Positions 27,460 to 34,499 of a stretch of 34,499 bases of DNA are shown here, piece after piece. This DNA comes from an uncultured Planctomycetaceae bacterium (GTDB taxonomy: Bacteria > Planctomycetota > Planctomycetia > Pirellulales > JAEUIK01). Location: contig CAZNXE010000002.1 in the NCBI GenBank assembly GCA_964576465.1, positions 8,114 to 42,612 of the forward strand, given 5' to 3'. The notes beneath the pieces were generated by a model. It searched no databases. It was not told the DNA's origin and worked only from the letters and a program-made list of their open reading frames with translations. Each line of letters starts with the position of its first letter. The stretch's first letter is position 1. Position numbers and translations under genes: made by a program.

Positions 27460-28554
27460 ATGGCGCATGAAGTAACCCTAATCAATGGCGATGGCACCGG
27501 CCCTGATCTGGCGGCCGCCACTCGCAAGTGTGTTGATGCCACGGGCGTGAAGATCAATTGGGACGAACAAGAAGCCGGCGTTGACATTATGGAGAAGACC
27601 GGCAATCCGCTTCCCGACAGCGTGTTGGAAAGTGTCCGCCGCACCCGCTGTGCCCTGAAGGCCCCCATCACGACTCCGGTCGGCACCGGCTTTCGCAGCA
27701 TCAATGTTCATCTGCGTCAGGAACTGGGGCTGTTCGCCTGCATCCGCCCTTGCAAGCAATATCCTGGGGTTCGCAGCTACTTCGACAAGGTATCCGTCGA
27801 TCTGGTGATCTTTCGCGAGAATACTGAAGACCTGTACGCCGGCGTCGAATTCGAGAAGGGCAAACCCGAGACTGCCGAGTTGATTGAGACGATCAACCGA
27901 CTGCCCAGTGACAAGAAAATCAAGACCGGTGCCGACGAGACGGGCATCTCCATTAAGTCGATCAGTGTTTCGGCCACCGAACGCATCTTACGCAGTGCGT
28001 TCGAGTACGCCCGAGCGAACAATCGCAAGAAGATCACCTCGGTCCATAAAGCCAATATTCTGAAGCACACCGACGGGCTGTGGCTGGCCATCTCACGAAA
28101 AGTTGCCGAAGAGTACCCCGACATCGAGTTCGAGGATCGCATCGTCGATAACATGTGCATGCAATTGGTGCAGAAGCCAGAGCTGTACGATATTCTCGTG
28201 CTGTCGAACCTGTATGGCGATATCCTCAGCGACTTGGCAGCCGGTTTGGTGGGCGGTTTGGGCGTTGCGCCGGGTGCGAATATCGGTGACGACAGCGCGG
28301 TGTTCGAGGCCACCCACGGAAGTGCTCCCAAGTACAAAGGCCAGAACAAGGTCAATCCCACGGCCCTGATCCTCTCCGGCGTGCTCATGCTGCACCATTT
28401 GAAAGAGACCGACGCCGCCAATCGTTTGGAGAATGCCGTTGCCGCGGTCATTGCCGAGGGCAAACACGTGACCTACGACCTCAAGGCAGACCGAAACGAC
28501 CCCTCGGCCGTCGGAACCAGAGAGATGGCCGAGGCAATCTGCAATAAACTCTAG
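27460..28554 (+). CDS. icd: Isocitrate dehydrogenase (IDH/IMDH family), probably NADP-dependent
   Basis: [22 protein letters not shown] (isocitrate-type S-x-N), [23 protein letters not shown] and [10 protein letters not shown]. Confidence 0.88.
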   Translation: MAHEVTLINGDGTGPDLAAATRKCVDATGVKINWDEQEAGVDIMEKTGNPLPDSVLESVRRTRCALKAPITTPVGTGFRSINVHLRQELGLFACIRPCKQYPGVRSYFDKVSVDLVIFRENTEDLYAGVEFEKGKPETAELIETINRLPSDKKIKTGADETGISIKSISVSATERILRSAFEYARANNRKKITSVHKANILKHTDGLWLAISRKVAEEYPDIEFEDRIVDNMCMQLVQKPELYDILVLSNLYGDILSDLAAGLVGGLGVAPGANIGDDSAVFEATHGSAPKYKGQNKVNPTALILSGVLMLHHLKETDAANRLENAVAAVIAEGKHVTYDLKADRNDPSAVGTREMAEAICNKL

Positions 28555-28577
28555 TGCCTCGCCACGTTTGAGAATCT

Positions 28578-28605
28578 GTAGGATGGGTGCTCGCACCCAT
28601 CTTTT
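28578..28605 (+). repeat. Single GTAG-type REP-like hairpin, probably also acting as the icd terminator
   Basis: GTAG + GATGGGTGC-TC-GCACCCATC + TTTT. Confidence 0.6.
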
Positions 28606-28662
28606 CGCCAGTTTCGGATTGGGTGCCACTGCTGGCTTGTCCAGCAGTGCCGGTGTTAGATC

Positions 28663-29727
28663 TTGCTGAGCCCGTCGGACTTTCATGATCTGGTGAGTGG
28701 CCGTCGACGAGGATCCGTCTCCTCGACGCTCCGTGCCGTGCTTCGAGTTGCCGAGGTGCCCTACACAGCAGCCGTCGTATGGCGAAACCGTCGCTACGAC
28801 CGTGGGCGCGCCAAGAGCTTCGCGGTCGAGGTGCCCGTGATCAGCGTCGGCAACCTCTCGCTCGGCGGCACGGGCAAGACACCGCTGGTCGAATGGATCG
28901 CCCAAAGGTTGCGCGAGCAACAAGTTCGCGTGGCGATCATCAGTCGAGGATATGGGGCCGAGGACGGCAAGCGGAATGACGAAGCGTTGCAGCTCGAGCA
29001 GTCGCTCCCCGAGGTGCCCCATTTGCAGAATCGCGATCGTGTGGCAGCCGCTCGCGTGGCGATTGATGAGCTGGAGATGCAGTGCCTTGTGCTGGACGAC
29101 GGCTTTCAACATCGGCGGTTGCGGCGCGACTTGGACATCGTACTGTTGGACGCCTGTGAGCCGTTTGGGCACGACCATGTCTTCCCCCGTGGAACGCTCC
29201 GCGAACCGCCCGGTGGTCTCCGCAGGGCCGACGTGGTCATGCTCTCGCGAGCCGACCTGATTGACTCGCAGCAGCGCGAAGCAATTCGTCATCGCGTGCG
29301 CCAACTGAATCCCCAAGCCGACTGGCTCGAAGCCTGCCACGAGCCCCGCTGCCTGTTAGCATCCAGCGGTGCCCAACAACCGATCGACACACTAACCGGG
29401 CAACGCATCGCCGCCTTCTGCGGCATCGGCAACCCCCAAGGCTTCCGCCACACGCTGACCGCAACCGGAGTGCATACCAAAGCATTCCGCGAGTTCCCCG
29501 ACCATCACCAATACACCCGCGACGATATAGCAGACCTAACCCGCTGGGCAGAAGACGCAAACGTCGCTGCCGTGCTCTGCACCCACAAAGACCTCGTGAA
29601 AATCGGCATCGATCAGCTAGGGAGTCGACCACTATGGGCGTTGACCGTCGGATTGAAGATCACGGTTGGCGAGGAGTTGTTGGAGGAACGATTGCAGCAG
29701 ATTGTGGCGTCGATCACTGCGGTTTGA
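28663..29727 (+). CDS. lpxK: Tetraacyldisaccharide 4'-kinase
   Basis: VISVGNLSLGGTGKTP, ISRGYG, DE, LDDGFQH, P.GTLREP, FCGIGNP, FPDHH and CTHKDLVK. Confidence 0.95.
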   Translation: MLSPSDFHDLVSGRRRGSVSSTLRAVLRVAEVPYTAAVVWRNRRYDRGRAKSFAVEVPVISVGNLSLGGTGKTPLVEWIAQRLREQQVRVAIISRGYGAEDGKRNDEALQLEQSLPEVPHLQNRDRVAAARVAIDELEMQCLVLDDGFQHRRLRRDLDIVLLDACEPFGHDHVFPRGTLREPPGGLRRADVVMLSRADLIDSQQREAIRHRVRQLNPQADWLEACHEPRCLLASSGAQQPIDTLTGQRIAAFCGIGNPQGFRHTLTATGVHTKAFREFPDHHQYTRDDIADLTRWAEDANVAAVLCTHKDLVKIGIDQLGSRPLWALTVGLKITVGEELLEERLQQIVASITAV

Positions 29728-29770
29728 GCAGATCGTGCAACAACGTGGGGATCGTCTGTCGATGATCGCC
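29714..29770 (-). pseudogene. Stranded remnant of a diverged 3' end of the 29909-30880 gene
   Basis: Translates as GDHRQTIPTLLHDLLKPQ*, versus GDHRKTIPTLWSDLVRACD* in the intact gene. 28-nt direct repeat at 29744-29771 / 29942-29969 with one mismatch. Confidence 0.75.
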
Positions 29771-29783
29771 GAAACAAATTCCC

Positions 29784-29872
29784 GTAGGGTGTCGTCAAGT
29801 GGAGCGCGGACGCACCACGATTGGCCAGCCAAGCAAAGCGGTGCGTCCGCGCTCCGCTTGACGGCACCCTAC
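29784..29872. repeat. REP doublet (REPIN-like) inverted repeat with GTAG ends
   Basis: 33-nt arms at 29784-29816 and 29840-29872 are reverse complements with two mismatches (both G-U compatible). Each arm starts with GTAG and has its own internal hairpin. Confidence 0.85.
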
Positions 29873-29908
29873 TTGCTGTTGGCTGACCGCTTGCGGAGGC
29901 AAGTGTCA

Positions 29909-30880
29909 TCAATCGCACGCCCTAACCAAATCGCTCCATAGCGTGGGGATCGTCTTTCGATGATCGCCGCTGAAGAAGTAGCTTCTTCCTCCGTCGGCTA
30001 CGGTGCGTACGAGGATGGTTTTCCAGGGGCGGTAGTAATATTGGGCGTGATCTTTCGAGGGAGGGCCTTCGCGGTAGTCTGGCGGTAGTGAGACGAGATC
30101 GAACACGGCGGTTGTGAAGTTGCAGATCTGCTCGTTGTTTTGCCGTGCGACGTTGCGGACCATGGAGAGCGATTTTAGATAGACCTCGGGTCCGGTGACT
30201 GCCGAGCCGATGTTGAGAAACACGCCACCTTCTAGCTGTGAGACGGCTTGCGTAAAGATTAAGAAGTCGGTCATGCTTGCCGCGCCCAACGCAGCGCCAT
30301 CGCAGTTGGCATGGGCGTGGATGATGTCGCTGCCGATGCTCACGTGGCAGGTGACTGGCACGCCGCAACGCCAACCGGCGGCGGCGATACTGATGGCGTG
30401 ATGGTCGAACGGTTCCTCTTCAATGGTGCGGCCAACCGCTTCGCCCAACCCTTCGCCGCGCCGGGCTGCGTCAGAAATGATTTCGTTCAAGCGACCGCTT
30501 TCTTTCCACAGCCCAAACTGACCGACCTTGATCCATTTGGGCACGTTTTCGCTGGTGCCTCCGAGCAGCGCCAATTCAAAATCGTGAATGATGCCCGCAC
30601 CGTTGGTCGCCACATGGGTGATTAAGCCTCGCTCGATGAGGTCGATTAGATATCGTGAAAGGCCAAGCTTGATCGGGTGACCGCCGATCATCACAATCAC
30701 TGGCCGGTCGTTTCGCCGGGCAGTGGCGATTTGCTGAACTAGCTCCGCGAACTCAGGGTTCTCGTAACGATCGAACTGCGCATCGAGCGAGTCGAGCGCT
30801 GGGACGACCATGTCGTGTCCCCGGGCATCAATGTCGGCCAATTGAATCTGTTTTCGATCGAAACGTTGATAGCGACTCAC
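29909..30880 (-). CDS. Conserved hypothetical protein, deoxyhypusine-synthase-like fold
   Basis: GTG start after AAGGAG. Motifs MIGGHPIK.G, HVATNGAGIIHDFE, GEGLGEAVG, IGSDIIH and GGVFLNIGSAVTGPEV.LK resemble DHS-like NAD-binding proteins. Function unknown. Confidence 0.7.
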   Translation of the reverse strand: MSRYQRFDRKQIQLADIDARGHDMVVPALDSLDAQFDRYENPEFAELVQQIATARRNDRPVIVMIGGHPIKLGLSRYLIDLIERGLITHVATNGAGIIHDFELALLGGTSENVPKWIKVGQFGLWKESGRLNEIISDAARRGEGLGEAVGRTIEEEPFDHHAISIAAAGWRCGVPVTCHVSIGSDIIHAHANCDGAALGAASMTDFLIFTQAVSQLEGGVFLNIGSAVTGPEVYLKSLSMVRNVARQNNEQICNFTTAVFDLVSLPPDYREGPPSKDHAQYYYRPWKTILVRTVADGGRSYFFSGDHRKTIPTLWSDLVRACD

Positions 30881-31213
30881 GCGAATCGGGCTCCTTGCGT
30901 AACTTGGCAGATCGTTAGCGGCAGCCTAGCAACCGTTCAGGAGACTGACGAGACGTCTGATGTGCTTAAATCTGACGGCATCTAAACCTGCGGATGGGCC
31001 GAATGCGCGGGGGGTAATCGTTCTTCGCTTGTGACAAGGCACGGGATGTGGAACGTTTTTCGCCGATTAGCGTCTATAATGCTTGTGGAGTAGGATTCTC
31101 TTAGCTAGCTCCCATGAATCCGACGTGCATGGAGCGTTCGTCACAAGTCGTTTTATATAAACGACTTGTGTGGAAATCGTCTGGGTCGGCTGGAACCGTA
31201 AGAGGTCTGTTCG

Positions 31214-34200
31214 ATGGCAAGAGGTCTGACCGCTTCGGGTGGGGATGTAGCTGGTGGCAAGCTGTCGACATCCGCAGGGGACCGTGCCCGGCTGATCGAG
31301 CGGCGCCTTCGTCGCACGCGGGGGCACGTGAAGTGGACCGAATTGGTCACGGCGCTGCTGTTGTTTGCCGCCGGAGCGCTCGCCTATCTGTTTGCGTTCG
31401 CCGTGGTCGACCATTGGTTTGTCCGCGGCGGAGTTAGCTTTTGGGGCCGGCTGTTTTTTCTAGCCGCCTTTCTCACCGCCGGGACAGTTTTTCTGATTCG
31501 CGCGGTCGGGCCGCTGCTGACACGTCGCATCAACACCTTGTATGCCGCGGCAACCATCGAGCGCGATCAACCCGCGCTGAAAAACAGCTTGGTGAATTTC
31601 CTTCTGTTGCGTTCGCGGCCCCAAGATGTCAATCCCGCGGTGTTCAAAGCCATCGAACGTCAGGCGGCTCGCGATCTCAAGAGCATCAACCCTGAAGCCG
31701 TGATTGATCGCACGCACTTGATTCATGCAGGCTACGTGTTGATGGCGGTCGTGGCGGTTTGCTGCGTTTATACGTTGTTGTCGTCGAAAAGCCCGTTTCG
31801 TTCGGTTGGTCGCATGTTTGTGCCTTGGGCCAACGTCGAGGCACCGACGCGCGTCGGCTTCTCCGATGTTCGTCCCGGTTCGCGACAGGCGTTTCACGAT
31901 GAGTTCATCGACGTTTCAGCATTGGTGCAAGGCATCGACGATGACGAGCCGGTCACGCTGTACTATTCGACTGCCGATGGGCAGAGCGTTGACATGCCGC
32001 TGGACATGACTCGCCCGGAAGGCAGCTTCCGCTATCAAGTAACGCTTCCTGAAGGCAGCTCTGGCATTCAGCAAGATGTCGAGTATTACCTTGTCGCCGG
32101 CGACGCTCGCACGCACACCTATTCAATCCGCGTTGAGTCGGCCCCGGCGATCATCGTCGATCGTGTTGACTTCGATTATCCCGACTACACCGCGCTGGCC
32201 AATCGCGGACAACGGGGGCAAGGCGACATCGTGGCCTTGGAAGGGACGCGGATCACGCTTTCCGCCCGCGCGAATCAAACGATTAAAGAGGCGTTCATCG
32301 ATTTCGATTGCAATGGCAGCCGTGATTTGGACATGGACGTTGACGGAAAGCTGGCGAGCGTCTCGTTCACCCTGCGCCTCAACGAGAATCGTTCGGCAGG
32401 CGAGTTCGAGAGCTACGAGATTCGCTTTATGAACGAGCAGGGGCACGAGAACCCGCGTCCCGCGAGACATCGCATCGAAGTCACGCCCGACGCCGCGCCG
32501 GAAATCGAGATCACGCAACCGGCTGTTGACGAGATTGAAGTGCCTGTCAACGCGGCAGTCGAGATTGAGTTAAAGGCTCGCGATCGCGACTTTCAGTTGA
32601 GCAACGTTACGATCCACGCCCGCCGCGATGGTCAGGTGTTGCTGCGACGTGCGTTGCTGGAAGACCTGCACGACGGCGAGTTTAGCGGTGCGTATCGTCT
32701 CCGACCGTCGGATTTGGGGCTCAAGGTCGGCGACGAAATCGTTTATTGGGGCGATGCCCGAGACAACAAGCATCCCACCGCGAACCGCACGCAGACCATT
32801 GAATATCGGCTCCGCATCGTTGAGCCCGCCGAACAACCGCCGCAGGATGAACAGCAAGAGGATGGACAGGAAGAAAGGCCAGACGAGCAGCCCGGCGGCG
32901 AGGCGGAAGCAGAACAGACACCCATGCCAGAGCCCGACGACCAGGGTGCCGAAGAGGGTGCTGAGGAAGAAGCCTCGGAGGAAATCGCCCAAGACGACTC
33001 GTCGGAAGCGACGGAACGGATTGATCCCGAAGCTCAACCAGGTGAGGCCTTCGAGGAAATCCTAAAGCGTCTGGAAGAACAAAAGCCTCAGCAGAACGGC
33101 GACCAAGAGAACCCCGACGAACAAGCTCAAGACCAAGATCAACCGCCGTCGCCCGAGGAGGAACAACCGCAAGAAGACGGCATGGGCGAGCAGCCGCAAG
33201 ATGCGGGCGATCAGGGTGCGGAAGAACAATCGCCCAGCCAACCCTCTACCGAGAAGAGTCCCTCGGGAGAACAACAAGGCGAGGGAGGCGATCAGCAAGC
33301 CGGCGAAGCTCCGGAGTCTTCCGAAGGTGGAGAGCAGGGTGATTCCAGCTCTGGCGGACAACAAGACTCCGGGGGTGGTGAATCGTCAGATTCGCCCGGC
33401 GGTCAACAGCCATCTCCCGATTCCTCCGGAGGAAGCAGCAAGCAGCAGTCGCCCGGCGGTGACGAATCGCAATCTGGCGGCGACGGCGAAATGAAAGCCA
33501 ACGACTCAAGCGGATCGACCGAAGGATCGCAGAGCGGTGGCGGTCAAGAAGGTGCGGATCAAGGACAACAATCACCAGCGGCAAAAGATGGTACGCCGCA
33601 ACGCGACCGACCGGGCTCATCCGGTGACAGCGAACGTAGCGATTCAGGCCGTGCCGACAGTGAAACATCGGGCGACGGAGGTCAGTCTGCCGGATCGGGC
33701 AACGAAGGATCGCAGGAGAAACCCAACGATTCAGACAAGCAGAGCGACCCTCGCGGCGGAAACCCCGAGCAACAGCAGGGCACGGACGGGGCCGGCGAAA
33801 AGGGTGACCAGGATGCCGGAACGGGTTCAAAAGAGGGCCACCAGAAGCCAAAGGACAAACAACAACAGACGGCCCCCAGCGACGAAGATGCAGCCAAGGA
33901 CGAGGCCAGCCCCCCGTCGGAGAGCACGCGTGAATCAGACTCGCAAGGGGGCAACAGCGGCGAACGTTCCGGCGGTGGAGACGAAGGTGCCGGGCAATCG
34001 GCCGACGCCGAAGGCACCGGAAGCGCCGGTAGCAACTCGGCCTCCGAAGAAGGTGCCGGGCAGAGCGAAGGCACTGGCAAGGGGCCAACTTCCGATCAAC
34101 CGGGTGACAAGTCGGCATCCGATTCCGCTTCAGACCGACCGGGCGAAAAGACCTCTGGCGAAGGTGGCGCGGGCAAGGGCGGACCCTCTGCTGAAGGAAC

Positions 34201-34499
34201 ACCACAAGGTTCATCGGGCGACAGTGGGTCGAACGATCCGATGGGTGGAGATTCTCCCCCCGGCGAAGGTTCTCCCCAGCAGTCAGGCGATTCTCAATCC
34301 AGCGGCACCGGTGCGGGGGGAACGCCCGGCGGATCCAAGGGCGATACTCCGGGACAGGCCGCCGGCAAACTACCGGGAGACAAGGACAGCGGTTCGGCGC
34401 CCAGCGAAGACGAACAAGGGGCCGACGACCCGAATCTCGAATATGCTCGCGAAGCAACCGACTTGGCGCTGGAGTATTTGCGCGATCAGTTGCAGCAGG
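31214..34499 (+). CDS. Large membrane-anchored protein with Ig-like domains and a long acidic Gly/Ser/Gln low-complexity region; truncated by the window end
   Basis: Not in the ORF track (no stop codon). ATG 31214 follows GAGG and gives MARGLTASGG...TM helices...VEYYLVAGDA...EAFEEILKRLEE...ADDPNLEYAREATDLALEYLRDQLQQ. The frame was spot-checked at 31214, 32042, 33002 and 34442. Confidence 0.85.
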   Translation, partial: MARGLTASGGDVAGGKLSTSAGDRARLIERRLRRTRGHVKWTELVTALLLFAAGALAYLFAFAVVDHWFVRGGVSFWGRLFFLAAFLTAGTVFLIRAVGPLLTRRINTLYAAATIERDQPALKNSLVNFLLLRSRPQDVNPAVFKAIERQAARDLKSINPEAVIDRTHLIHAGYVLMAVVAVCCVYTLLSSKSPFRSVGRMFVPWANVEAPTRVGFSDVRPGSRQAFHDEFIDVSALVQGIDDDEPVTLYYSTADGQSVDMPLDMTRPEGSFRYQVTLPEGSSGIQQDVEYYLVAGDARTHTYSIRVESAPAIIVDRVDFDYPDYTALANRGQRGQGDIVALEGTRITLSARANQTIKEAFIDFDCNGSRDLDMDVDGKLASVSFTLRLNENRSAGEFESYEIRFMNEQGHENPRPARHRIEVTPDAAPEIEITQPAVDEIEVPVNAAVEIELKARDRDFQLSNVTIHARRDGQVLLRRALLEDLHDGEFSGAYRLRPSDLGLKVGDEIVYWGDARDNKHPTANRTQTIEYRLRIVEPAEQPPQDEQQEDGQEERPDEQPGGEAEAEQTPMPEPDDQGAEEGAEEEASEEIAQDDSSEATERIDPEAQPGEAFEEILKRLEEQKPQQNGDQENPDEQAQDQDQPPSPEEEQPQEDGMGEQPQDAGDQGAEEQSPSQPSTEKSPSGEQQGEGGDQQAGEAPESSEGGEQGDSSSGGQQDSGGGESSDSPGGQQPSPDSSGGSSKQQSPGGDESQSGGDGEMKANDSSGSTEGSQSGGGQEGADQGQQSPAAKDGTPQRDRPGSSGDSERSDSGRADSETSGDGGQSAGSGNEGSQEKPNDSDKQSDPRGGNPEQQQGTDGAGEKGDQDAGTGSKEGHQKPKDKQQQTAPSDEDAAKDEASPPSESTRESDSQGGNSGERSGGGDEGAGQSADAEGTGSAGSNSASEEGAGQSEGTGKGPTSDQPGDKSASDSASDRPGEKTSGEGGAGKGGPSAEGTPQGSSGDSGSNDPMGGDSPPGEGSPQQSGDSQSSGTGAGGTPGGSKGDTPGQAAGKLPGDKDSGSAPSEDEQGADDPNLEYAREATDLALEYLRDQLQQ

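Noticed and set aside
28093-29340. 415-aa minus-strand ORF
   Set aside because: It is antisense to icd and lpxK; a typical GC-rich shadow with no motifs.
33246-34457. 403-aa Arg/Pro/Cys-rich minus-strand ORF
   Set aside because: It is the antisense shadow of the low-complexity region of the large plus-strand ORF.

Overview
GC-rich bacterial chromosomal window, most consistent with a Planctomycete (Pirellulales-like). This is inferred from a LE-x-R-x-L-LA-type N-terminal motif, a PEP-CTERM protein, a redoxin/cytochrome c/copper-monooxygenase fusion and lpxK. Housekeeping genes (class I aminotransferase, DEAD-box helicase, glgP, UxaA-family dehydratase, icd, lpxK) are interspersed with exported accessory proteins. 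The main finding is a minus-strand cluster at about 18051-23025. A Crp/Fnr regulator is followed by a CRP-type box placed like a class II promoter, then a membrane protein whose zf-HC2 (ZAS-like) domain appears to face outward. Next comes an exported HEAT-repeat + AhpC/TSA-type redoxin, which the ORF track splits in two at an in-frame UGA. That UGA occupies the first position of a U-P-V-C redox motif and is followed by a SECIS-like hairpin, so the gene is a probable selenoprotein. An FG-GAP protein closes the cluster. Other points of note: an 80-aa histone-H1-like Lys repeat protein; a frameshifted SGNH/Ig/PKD/RTX surface protein; a perfect 20-bp palindrome before a TetR gene; a promoter-terminator unit upstream of the PEP-CTERM gene; a GTAG REP doublet beside a stranded, diverged copy of a neighbouring gene's 3' end; and a >1090-codon ORF that runs off the window and is absent from the ORF track. 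All family calls are from motif recognition by eye; no database searches were run.
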